NCBI GenBank assembly: GCA_028534125.1 | Contig: CM052832.1 | Location: 34,410,001 to 34,474,000, forward strand | Source: Lama glama | Lineage: Eukaryota | DNA: 64,000 nt | Reading direction: 5' to 3' | Shown here: one piece after another, positions 27,701 through 38,450 of the stretch | Layout: each line of letters opens with the position of its first letter | Numbering within the stretch: the first letter of the stretch is position 1 | Program-made: the position numbers and the translations under genes | The notes under the pieces: model-generated | Told to the model about the DNA's origin: nothing | The model's database searches: none | Seen by the model: the letters and a program-made list of their open reading frames with translations, nothing else

Positions 27701-28054
27701 GCCCTGTCTGTAAAGGGCTCACAGAGCATGGGGTTCACCGGCCTCTTGGATGTTGCAAACACAGACTGTCAGTGGAGGACGCTAAGCACTTATCCGTACT
27801 TCACATTTATTATTTTCTCCTTTTAAAATATTTTTTGCAGAGAGTAAAGTTTGGATCAAGCCAAAACCTCAATCTTTATATTTCACTTTTGAACATATTA
27901 TGAGTAGACACGTGAAAATAAATGTCAAAGCACTTGGTCTCTTAACTAATCCATAACAAAGAATTTAAAATAAACTTTCCAAGACACTTATCAATTACAT
28001 GATGTACAGAAATTCTGCAAACACATGAAATCTTACTTTTAAACATGTTATTTA

Positions 28055-28346
28055 CATTATATAAAGAAAGATATCTTCAATATGTTTTTCTTCAACCTCC
28101 AGATAGCTTTTCAGATGAAGTACCTCTAAATTTAAAGCAATGCTCCTATTGTTAATCTGAAACCAAATTGCAATAAGTATGCTGCAGAGTGTCCAAATAC
28201 TCTGGGAACATGGGGGAAATAATGGTATACGTATTGTACTTTTTCAGACTAAAGATCAGACTTACTGCTTTAAATTTAGAGTCACTTTACCTAAAAAGGT
28301 GTCTGGAGGTTGAGGAAAAACATATTAACTATATTACTTGAAACTG
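28055..28346. mobile_element. Palindromic element, probable MITE / non-autonomous Tc1-mariner (Tigger-like) DNA transposon
   Basis: Arms 28079-28139 and 28266-28326 are reverse complements (53/61 match); symmetry continues inward and weakly outward; flanked by TA (28053-28054, 28347-28348) with CAT...CTG ends. Confidence 0.6.
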
Positions 28347-30399
28347 TAACTAATAAACTATTTGAATAAGTTTATCCTCTGTTGCCAGACCTTTCAGACA
28401 GCCTGTATATTATTTTGGCTCCAACAGCAGAACATTTTACATGCTAATGAATTTCATATGGGCTGCAAAATCACTGCCCAATAAAAGCTGAAGACATGGG
28501 TGTATGTGCTTATCGACAGAGAGGGCTGATCAGGCAAGGGACACGGCACAGTCTCTGAACCTCAACAGAGAGGAGAAGCTTGAACAAAAGCCGGGGTTGG
28601 CGCCCGGGGGACGAGGCTCCCAGGAGTGTGGTTACTGAGTTCTGGGGCCCTCGGTGATTCATCTCACGGGCATGGGCGGTTCGCGCCAAGCCTGTGGTCA
28701 TTCCACACACACTTCCTGAGCCCCTTCCCTGTGCAGGCATCAGTCTCTGGGAAGCATTTCGGGGGTTAGGCGCAAGGTTCCCAGAAGGCATGGGCCTCGA
28801 CAAAACGTGGCTCCGCTCCCAGCGCTGACTCCCTGCTCCGAGCGTTCCGGGCACTTGTGCCCGGGGAGGGGCCGTCCTGCAGGGCACCTGATGGAGGGGC
28901 CCTGGCTCTGAGCCCCAGAGGACGGCCCCCGGGCGCCCCTGCTGGGCAGCAGCCTGGACACCGTCAGGGAGCAGGCAGGCACTGCTGCTCAGTCGCCTCT
29001 GGATGAGAGGGGACCCTCAGCACAGCCCGAGCCCCACCCTCGGATTCCACACTCCCCACAGCACAAGTGTCACAAAGCTACTGAGAGTGAAAGCACATTT
29101 GCCTCTAGTCTCTGACGGGCGCATCACACAAATCTGGGCCGTTTCGTCTGATCTGATTGTAAACGGGCAACGCTACAATTTGTTAATTGCCAAATATCAG
29201 CTTAATTGCTTTAAGATGATTGCTACTGCCACGCCTACCTGACCCCATTCACTCTCTCAGCCAGCTGCCCTCCTTTCCCAGACATCGACGGACACTCACA
29301 CGTGAGCACACACGCTCCGCAGATGAGCCGGCCGGGAGTCACGCCCCGTCGCCCAGCACGCGATCTCCAGCGTGTCTCCCTTGCTCAAGCCGGGTCACCA
29401 AGCCCCTCCATCTAGTCTCTCTCCCCTCTGCCAGGCTGTCAGCCCTGATGCCCCTTCCAGTATTTGAGAAACTCTTGTCACCATTTGCCAGCTTGTAGAT
29501 ATGAAAGCTGAGGTCTAAACGGAGTAACAAGCTAAGAGTTTAGCATCAGAGCCATGAGAAAGCTCGGCACAACCAGAACACAAGCCACAGCCTCACTAAT
29601 GGGAAGCACGTGTGGTCCTCCTGCGTCCCTCCCTCCCGGCCTGGCTCCCAGCGTTGCTGCCCGGCGCACCTCCCTCCCACGAGGTGAGTGTGGGCGTGGC
29701 CTCAGCAGCCGTGCTTCTACCCCAGAAAGCTTCCAGGGGTCGGGGGCCCTCTGCCTTGATTTCTGCTCTCCCCAAAGCGCTGCCGTCACCCGCGTGACAC
29801 TCTCCACCAGCTCACACTCCAGCCATGAGGGAGGGAGGGGGCAGGAAGGGGAGAGCGCGTCCAGCAGGGAAAAAAAGCCGTCCCTTCCTGTCACGCCCCC
29901 AGCCAGAGCGTAGTCACCTGGCCACACCTGGCTGCAAGAGAGGCTGGGAATGACGTCTGCGCTGCGTCCAGCCAGTTTGGTACCCAGCTGAAAATCCTGT
30001 TGCTGTGGGAAATGAGAGTGGATATGGGGAGACAGCGGAGGTTCGGCCGCACCCAGAGGTGTCTGCTCAGACTCCACCCTGAATATCCGCAGTCCTGCGC
30101 ACACAGCACCTCACGGACTCTTCCCCTTGCCTGCAGGCACCCCTGGGCCCATCGCTGCCCCATCAACTTTCCGCCACCAGCTCAGGCTCTCAGGACCTGC
30201 CACCATCCACTCTCGGTGCCCTCAGTCCCCACCCCGCCCACAAAGGGCCACCCCCACTTCCCAGAACATCCTCCCCGCTCTGAACGCCCCGCACTTGGTG
30301 CCTGCACCCCTGACCCTGCAGCTACGACAGCGGATGCTGTGGAGGCCTCTCGCTCCACCCTCAGCGGCCACTGAGCGCCCCCTGCAAGAACAGGCCGCT

Positions 30400-30668
30400 C
30401 TCCACCTGCAGGCCCCTCGACCCGCGTGGGACAGCCCGAGGCCCAGCAGCCCTCAGCCACGGTGGGGAGGCTGCCAGTGCCCCTCGTCTCGGGTGGACCG
30501 GCCTCAGGCTGAGGTCTGCCCTGCGTCCCGCTGGACTGACCGGGGCCAGGAGGTCTCGCTGGCCTCCTGCCCCCCACCCCGTCTCCTTTACTTTCTGCCA
30601 CGCTTCCTGGGATCATAACTAAAGAAACTCAGCTCAGCGCCTGCTTCTGGGGACCCAAATCGAGAGGG
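30400..30668 (+). mobile_element. Decayed ERVL LTR fragment (LTR16-like 3' end)
   Basis: cttcctgggatcataactaaagaaactcagctcagcgcctgcttctggggacccaaatcgaga resembles the LTR16-family 3' terminus. Confidence 0.35.
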
Positions 30669-32084
30669 TCAGGCCCCGCCTCCTTCCAGAGTTCTAGGCA
30701 ATTCAAGTGCCTCCCTCTCACAGTGGTCTCACACCTCTGTACCTGGCACACAGTAGGTGCTTAACAGTTGTCAGGGGGTCATCAGAACTGACGGAAGCTG
30801 CTTTTTCCTTCTCTGTCCTAAAGCCAGTGTAGCAACGGGTTGGCCCAGCATCCACGTGGCCGAGGAGTGGCTGCTGCCCGTAGAAGCAGTGGTCCAGGCA
30901 GGTGCAGCCCAGCCCCAGCCACGCGGCTGAAACACAGAAGTATCCCCCCCTCCCCACGTTACAAAGCATAAGCTCTGTGTTTTGGCTTCATCACCACTAC
31001 TTCATGAAGCAGTCCAAAGTGAGGTTATACACCGAACCAGCTTTGCACTAAGCCTTGTTTACTTTCTGTTAAACGAACATGCTAATTCAACGTCCTAAAA
31101 TCCGTAGTTTACATGAAGATCCATTGTCCATTATCCTCCAAATGTGAGCCAATAAAAACGTGGAGTGGATGGTTCCGCGGTACGGAGGGTGGCCACGTGG
31201 CTGCACCTCCCACCCTGCCGCACCCTCCTGGGTGGGAGGATGGCGGGATAACTGTTCCCTGTGGACGCAGCTGCGCACAAGCTGTTTGGATTTGCACCCA
31301 TCACTTTTTTTTATCTCCGCAGGTTGTTTATACATTTTTTTTGCAGTTGTGTTTGAGAGTATGTATAGAGATTTTCTAGCATTTTGAATTCTGTAAAATC
31401 CAGAAGAAACTTTGCCAAGTCTATTCCTGTCTTGCGTTTTAAACCCATATACGTTTAAAGGGATATTCAATACTTTTGTTTTTGAACTGGTTACCCTTAG
31501 CCCATTAAAGTGTTGTCTTTTAAAAGCTATTGCTATTCGAGGAGTCTTGGGAGCCCATTTAAAATCCTTTTTAAACCCCTTTTCTCTGAAACAGGAAGTT
31601 GCATGTTTCCAAGAGTAAGCAGACTCTGCTGGGTGCAGGATGACCATGCGAGATGACCGGTCCTGCCAGGGGCAGGGGCTGCCCACAGCTCAGCGGACGT
31701 GAACCCTGAGGGGAACACTTGATCAAGACAATTAGCAACAAAGTGAAAATTAGAAGCTTAAATACCAGCAAAGAACTTGCTCTTCTTCTGGGTCCAGAGC
31801 TACAGCTGGCCAGGCAACACACGGTTCTGCAGCCCCGCGCCCGGGGACGGCTGCTCTGCCGCACAGTCCGCAGACGCGGGGGGCGCGCGGGCAGCTGCCC
31901 TCAACCACCCACCCGGCCTTTCTCACCAGTGCTTCGCTCACTCTGAGCTGGCCGGGCCATGACTGAAGAGGACGCTGTCCCAACAGGGTTATCGCTGCGG
32001 GAAAACGTGCCATCCAGGCCAGAGAGAGCAAGGTGCCCTCTCCTTGCTATCTGCTCACCAAGGCGTGGGCTTAAGACGCGCGTA

Positions 32085-32405
32085 ACCACGAGGGGCTAGT
32101 TCTGCAAACTGGTAACTTAACTCGGGTGCAGTGTGCTCTCCCCTGGTTCTGCAAGCTGGAAGCCCGAGTCCCGGTGTCAGGGGGGCTGGGCCTCTGGAGG
32201 CTCCCGGGAAGACCCCTTCCTGCCCGCCCCCCCTGCCCGTGGCCACACGGCGTCCTCCGTGTGCGTCTTTGACACCATTTTGGTTTAGGGTCCACCCCAG
32301 TCAAGTAACGAATGACGCCTGCAAAGACCGTATTTCCAAGTAAGGTGGCATTCTGAGGTCCCAGGTAGACACGCATCTTGAAGAGACACTATTCAACCCT
32401 GCAGC
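32085..32405 (-). mobile_element. ERVL-MaLR LTR (MLT1B-like)
   Basis: ctgcaaagaccgtatttccaagtaaggtggcattctgaggtccc...gacactattcaaccc is the reverse complement of the recalled MLT1B 5' end. Confidence 0.8.
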
Positions 32406-33510
32406 CCCCTGCTAGCCCCCCAAAATATACATCTGTCCCGTGTGCAAGTCACATTCACCCCATCCCAGCTTCCCCGAAGTCTTATTCATTCTACCAACTC
32501 TAAGTCCAAAATTTCAAATAAATGTCATCAACTCCAAAAACCCCACATCTCACCATCTGAGTCAGGTATGGATGGGACCCTGGGTACGGGCCTCCCTGGG
32601 ACAAAATACCCTCCCTCTGCGGACCTGGGAAAGTGGAAGGCAGGCCAACTGCTTCCAGGACACGCTGGTGGGACCAGCACGGGGCAGGCACTCCCATCCC
32701 AGAGGAGGGTAAAGGGGCCACTTGTCCCAAGCAAGCTCAGAACACGCAGGCAGCTCTCACCTGGCTTCAAGTCCTGGGAATAGTTCTCTGTGTCTCCACG
32801 CTCCGACCGCCAGGCCCGCGGGGGCCCCAGGAAAAGCCCTGCCAGCCGTGACGTCTGGGTGGTCCGCTTCCCACGCATGAATTCCCAGAAGCCTGACGGG
32901 TTTCCTCACCTCATCCTGTGTGTCTCCCCGCCCCATGCCAGCTGCCGACGCCTCTGCTGTACAATGTTCTCGAAGCCCTTGTTCCCCTGTGGACATCACA
33001 GCTGTCAGTGTTCTTAGCCGCGAGCATCTGCGCAGGTCTTTCCTGGCTGTTCCCAACTCCTGCTGACACGGTTGAGTTGACCCATGAGCCACGCACGTAA
33101 TCCCTTCACCAAGGCTGTCCAGCCTCACCCGTGGCCCTTTCTCCAGAGCACACCTTGGCATCTCTGGCCATAGGGATAAGCTGGGAATTTTCCAAACCGT
33201 CACTGCTGGTTCTTTTTGTCTACCAGTCCTTCCCCTGCATTTCACTGTGGACAGCAAGGGGAAACTAGGCCCTCCGTCGCACGTTGCCTGGAAATCATCT
33301 CAAGTAAGTATCCAGATTCTCGCCTTCCTCCCCCGGTGGAGCACAGCTCAGCCAAACGCCCCACTGCACGTAACCCCCCGTGTCCGGGGAGGATCAACAC
33401 CGATGCTCGTGGCCAGTGGCACCGACGCCCCTGACGCAGAAGCCTGAACGCCACTTACTCCCAGAGCCGTGAGACCCCAAACCAAAGTCATTTATCCGTG
33501 TGTATTGGTC
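32406..33510 (-). mobile_element. MaLR internal sequence (MLT1-int) next to the LTR
   Basis: cccccaaaatatacatctgtcc...cacattcaccccatccc...tcaggtatggatgggaccctggg directly abuts the LTR and resembles antisense MLT1-int. Confidence 0.55.
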
Positions 33511-33789
33511 ACTGTTTCACTTACTTTAAGGTTCAACTGGCCCAAAATAAAATTGAAACATGACTTTCAGGGGCAACAGGATCATTCTTCCCACCAAAGT
33601 TCTACGATAAACACAGTGAAGGCAAACAGGAGATGAATGGACAACCCGACGACTTGCCCTGGGTTTGCAGCCCACACGGGCGAACGGACTGAGGGAACGT
33701 GAGGCGGAGCTCTGCGTCCAACACGCAGGCGGGGCTGCATCCCCAGCCACAGGTCGCCGGAAAGCACGTTGGATTTTTTTTTTTACTTT

Positions 33790-33960
33790 TAAAAAGAATC
33801 TTTATTTCTCCTGATTACAGACATAGCACATGTTCATCTTAGATGGTTTGCAAAATTCAAAGACGTAAAGAAGGGAAGAAAAATCATATGTAATTCCACT
33901 GCAGACTTAGCCGCTGTTGACAATTCAGTGCATTTCCTCAAGGATGCTTTGCTGAACGTA
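33790..33960 (-). mobile_element. Old L1 (L1MC/L1ME) 3' end fragment
   Basis: acatgttcatcttag...aaaattcaaagacgtaaagaagggaagaaaaatcatatgtaattccac...ccgctgttgaca pattern. Confidence 0.45.
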
Positions 33961-34248
33961 CCTACGTACGTCGACACACACACGTATGACCCAGAAAGGC
34001 AGGTGTTAATATTTTTGTGCTAAAGACGAAGGCCAAACTCAGGCACCGCACCCGAGGTCCTTCCACCCCTGCGGCCGTCCGCAGCTGCCCCTCAGCCGTT
34101 TCTCCGAAGGGAAGCCCCGCCCTGCCCCAGCCCACCCCCACCCCGCCCGGCACGAATGTTCCATTTGCTGCAATGGCCACCCCCCCCCCCCGTGGTGCTT
34201 TGCCTTCCTGCCACGGCTGGAACGAGCTCCCATCACGCGGCGCTGATG

Positions 34249-34348
34249 NNNNNNNNNNNNNNNNNNNNNNNNNNNNNNNNNNNNNNNNNNNNNNNNNNNN
34301 NNNNNNNNNNNNNNNNNNNNNNNNNNNNNNNNNNNNNNNNNNNNNNNN
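34249..34348. other. Assembly gap (100 N)
   Basis: Exactly 100 N, the usual convention for a gap of unknown size. Confidence 0.99.
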
Positions 34349-34354
34349 TTAGAG

Positions 34355-34675
34355 GCACGACCACATGCTGGGCTCCGGGCCCCTTCCTGTCTTCAGAGCT
34401 GGCGATGGCCTGTCTCTGACCACCTTCTGTAGCCAGAAGAGAGGCCCCTCCAGCTGTCTTTCTCTGCCCCCCACTCCGCTCCTAGGGACCCTTCTGGTTA
34501 CACAGGGTCCACCGAGATGAGCCAAGGTGCGTGGCCTCCCTACCTTAAGGTCAGCCAACTAGCAATCTTCATTCCATCTGTGACCCTAATTTCCCTTTGC
34601 CGTGTAAGGTACACATTCCAGGAACATGGAAGGGACGTCCTTGGTGGGGGGCCGGGGAGGCGGTCTGCCACCGCG
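34355..34675 (-). mobile_element. ERVL-MaLR LTR (MLT1D-like), truncated by the gap
   Basis: ttaaggtcagccaactagcaatcttcattccatctgtgaccctaatttccctttgccgtgtaaggta is the reverse complement of the recalled MLT1D 5' part. Confidence 0.8.
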
Positions 34676-35418
34676 CGGTGTGAGCATCCACCTGGGAAGC
34701 CCTGTGTCTCTGTCACCAACGTGCGGCCTGCGCTCCCGCCACGCCGCTCATCGCGGTCTGGCCTGTACCGTCACTTGCTTGCACGTGTTTTCCCCACTTC
34801 ATTGCTTGCTCCTTATGGGCAAGAACCACGATTTAAACACATGTGTCTCCTGGGACGAGGTCCAGACACTGGCACAGGGACGGGTTCCGTGCCCGGGGTT
34901 CTCCCCGGCTGCTGCAGATTCCGCCTTCTCTGGAACTTTCTTGCACAACCGCAGAGTCAGTTGGCATCGTGCAGCCAAAGCAACCAATGGTCACAAAGCC
35001 ATCAGTAAGGAGATTAGCGACAAGTATCTTGAAGTATCAACACAGATCAAAGAGTAAGTCCAAGGAATACTTCCATTTTATAAGATCTCAGAAAAACTAA
35101 GCTATGGATTTCAAAGCTAACAATTTCAGACTGACTTTTCCAAACCAACCTACCTTCAGCAGCAGGTTCACGGGAGAGGGATATGTTCACACTTTTCCTA
35201 CAAATTGTGGTAAAAAAAAAAAAGTGTAAAACAAAGATTTGGTAAAACTGGGGAGTAGATACGGAGATTTTTTTCCTATTATTCTCTATACTTTTATGTT
35301 TATTTATTTTATAATTCAAAAATGAATAATTCAGGAAAGCTTACAAGAAATAAAATTATATTTAAATTTACCAGGTGAAAAAAATCACAAAGAATGATCA
35401 ACATTAAGAAACATCCTA

Positions 35419-35470
35419 TGACACAACATTGTAAAATGATTATAAATCAATAAAAAATGTTTAAAAAAAA
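35419..35470 (+). mobile_element. 52-bp extremely 5'-truncated young L1 (camelid-type 3' end)
   Basis: tgacacaacattgtaaaatgattataaatcaataaaaaatgttt plus A-tail, flanked by a perfect 13-bp TSD aagaaacatccta (35406-35418, 35471-35483) at a TT/AAGA site. Confidence 0.9.
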
Positions 35471-36139
35471 AAGAAACATCCTAGTAAAATAACTGGACTT
35501 TAATATTTAAGGAAGAATCTCTTGAGCATCCGAAGCAAACAAACAAAAAAGCACATTGGACGAACACCCCTCTCTGAGGAGAGAGCCCCAGGCAGGCCTC
35601 GGCCGTGTCAGTGTGAACATCAGAGACACACGGCACCCGTGATGGCCTCAATGGCACGAAAGATCGTCTGAGGATTCTACAGTCAGCCGAATGCTCACTC
35701 GCACAAAAGACAACAGCCAAAGCTCACAGACACGCAGGAGCCTGGTCCCGCGGCCCCGTACCAGAGAAATCATTAAAGGATGGGCTTCGGCCAAAAGCTA
35801 GCAGTGGACACCAACTCCACCAAACTGCAGGGCTAGGATTAAAGCAAATGTGGGCTGAACGCAGTAAATTTTATAAATCTTGTCCATGTAGAGATAGTAT
35901 CACGAAAGGTGTGAGAAGAAACAAAGAGAAAGTGCAAAAAGGATAAATATGCTGATTTCGTCCTTGCCTCCTTCATTGGGGAGCCCAGTGAATCAGGTAA
36001 GAAAGGTCTCAGGGTATCTGAAGACACATGATAACACCAAGAAGGATAAAGCAGATGAAGCTGCACGGTGGAGGGGAACTGAAAAAATAACGTTTGTAGA
36101 AGGAAGTCCAAGCACATTGTCTGAAGAAACGTAAAGGCT

Positions 36140-36275
36140 GGGGAGGGTGTAGCTCAGTGGCAGAGTGCGCCAGCACGCGTGAGGTCTGGGTTCAGTCCCA
36201 GCACCTCCATTAAAAAAATATACAATAAAATAAAATAAAACAAATAAACCTAATTACCTCCCCTCCCCCCCCAAA
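36140..36275 (+). mobile_element. tRNA-derived SINE, camelid vic-1 type
   Basis: ggggagggtgtagctcagtgg (A box) ... gggttcagtcccagcacctcca (B box), A-rich middle, aaacctaattacctcccc tail; imperfect TSD aagaaacgtaaa/aagaaatgtaaa (36124, 36276). Confidence 0.9.
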
Positions 36276-36299
36276 AAGAAATGTAAAAAGTAAATCGAT

Positions 36300-36794
36300 A
36301 AAGCCACCATTTGAACAGAAGTTTTAACTCCCCGAGTTATCAGAAGAAACAGTGGAAAAGGAACAAGAAAATACAAGCCACAGTGTGACACAAATTAAAA
36401 CACAGTATCAAAGGCAGAGTGTTCAAGGCTGTGGCACACAGCAGCTGGTGCGAGGGTCGTGTGTGTCAAGGCTGCAGGATGCAAAGCTGGCGCACAGAAT
36501 TCAGCCACCTTCCCAGAGACCAGCAGGGAGTCATTGGAACTTGATATTAAAAACACAGCACTATTTACACTAATACCTAAATAATTGAAGCTTAGGTATA
36601 AACCTAACAAAACACATACAAGGAAAACTACGAAACTGAGAATAAACCAAAGATCTAAATAAATGGAAAGACAGTCTATCTTCATGAACAGGGAGACGTG
36701 CAATCAGGACGGAGGGTCTCCCCAGCTTGACCTACAGAGTCAGTGCAACCAAAACCTCAGAGGATTATTTCACAAATATTGACAATCTGATTCT
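36300..36794 (+). mobile_element. Old LINE-1 ORF2 remnant, left part of the interrupted element
   Basis: aggtataaacctaacaaaa...gaaaactac...agatctaaataaatggaaagaca...ccccagcttgacctacaga; typical L1 ORF2 sequence that continues after 37709. Confidence 0.75.
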
Positions 36795-37695
36795 TTCTTT
36801 GTATTTTATTCTTTTTAAAAAAATCTTAATTGTCTTTTTTATTGAAGTATAGTTGGTTTACAATGTTGTGTTAATTCCTGGTATACAGAGTGGTGATTCA
36901 GTTACATATATATATATATTCCTTTTCATATTCTTTTCCATTATAGGCTATTACGAGATACTGAATAGAGCTCCCTGTGCTGAACAGCGGGGCCTTGCTG
37001 TTCAACTATGTTAATCCCATACTCCCAATCTGACCCTCCACCCCCACGTTTTCCCCCCTGGGAAGCACAAGTTTGTTTTCTATGTCTGTGAATCTGTTTC
37101 TGTTCTGTATATAAGTTTATTTGTCTCATTTTTTCAGATTCCACATATATATGATAGCATATGGCATTTTTCTCTTTCTGGCTTATTTCACTTAGAATGG
37201 CATTCTCCGGGTCCATCCATATTGCTGAAAATGACATTATTTCATTATTTTTTGTGGCTGAGTAGTATTCCACTACATATATATATATATCTCAGAACTC
37301 CTTTATCCAGTCGTCTGTTGATGGACATGTAGGTGCTTCCAAGTCTTGGCTGTTGTAACTAGTGCTGCTGTGAACACTGGGGTGCAGGTGTCTTTTCAAA
37401 TTAGAGTTTCTCCTAGATACATCCCCAGCAGTGGGATGGCTGGATCAGATGGTAAGTCTACTTTTAGCTTTTTAAGGCCTCTCCGTACTATTTTCTGTAG
37501 TGGCTGCGCCAGACTGCATTCCCACCAGCAGCGCAGGAGGGGTCCCCGTTCTCCACACCCTCTCCAGCACATATTGTTTGTGGACTTGTTAATGTTGGCC
37601 GTTTTGACATAAGACACTGCAAACCTCCTGGAAGAAAACATAGGCAAAACATTCCAAGTAAATCTTAACAGTGTTCTCTCAGAGCAATCTAACAA
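36795..37695 (-). mobile_element. Younger LINE-1, 5'-truncated with 5' inversion (36795-37608 minus; 37609-37695 plus)
   Basis: T-rich tail then ttttattgaagtatagttggtttacaatgttgtg (L1 3' end, antisense); ORF2 C-terminal peptides (MEYYSATKNNEIMSF; [14 protein letters not shown]...[11 protein letters not shown]); inverted piece aaacctcctggaagaaaacataggcaaaac; 14-bp TSD gacaatc(t/c)gattct at 36781-36794 and 37696-37709. Confidence 0.9.
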
Positions 37696-38450
37696 GACAA
37701 TCCGATTCTAAAGTTTATACAGAGAGACAAAAGACCCAGAGTAGCCAACAAACTATGGAAGAAGAATGAAGTTGGAGAGCTGGCGTCACCCAACTTCAAG
37801 ACTTTCTATAAGCCTGCAGCGATCAGGGCAGTGTGGTGTTGGTGGGGGAGGAAGACAAACGGATCAGTGGGACAGAACAGAGAGCCCAGAAACAGACCTG
37901 CGCAAACACAGTCCATTTGTCTTTGCCAAAGGAGTGAAGGCAACTCCATAAAGGATGGACAGTCTTTTCAACACGTGGCGCTGGAGAAACTGGACACCCA
38001 CAAGCAAAGAAAACAAAGAATGTAGACACAGACCCGACAAGCTTCATAACGACTGACTCAAAATGGAGCAGAGACCGAATGTAAAATGCGAAAGTACGAA
38101 GCTCCCAGAAGAAAACACAGGGGACAGTCTAGGCGACCCTGAGTTTGGCGATGGCCTGTTAGGCACGACACCGAAGCATGGTCGTGAAAGAACATTCATA
38201 CGTGGGCTTCATCGCAGCGAAAACGTCTGCTTGAGACACCCAGGAGGGTGAGACGAAGCAGCACAGGTTGGGAGAAAACATTTGGAAAACGCGTACCCGG
38301 TAGAGGACTGGTATCCAAATATAAAAAGCTTCTTAAAACTCAACCATGAGAAAACAAACATCAAGCTCACAGAAGGAAAGAGAAGGGTGGTGGCCAGGGG
38401 CTGGGCGGGGGAGGGCGGGGGACGCGGTCAAAGGGCAAACAGCAGCGGAC
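37696..38450 (+). mobile_element. Old LINE-1 ORF2/3' remnant, right part of the interrupted element
   Basis: ttctaaagtttata...agacccagagtagccaa...aacttcaagactttctataa...atcagtgggacagaacagagagcccagaaacagacc; decayed ORF2. Confidence 0.85.

Noticed and set aside
36140-36210. tRNA gene
   Set aside because: Has A and B boxes but a degraded cloverleaf, a SINE tail and a TSD; it is a SINE head
36941-37695. ORFs resembling a protein C-terminus
   Set aside because: These are frameshifted L1 ORF2 fragments, not a host gene
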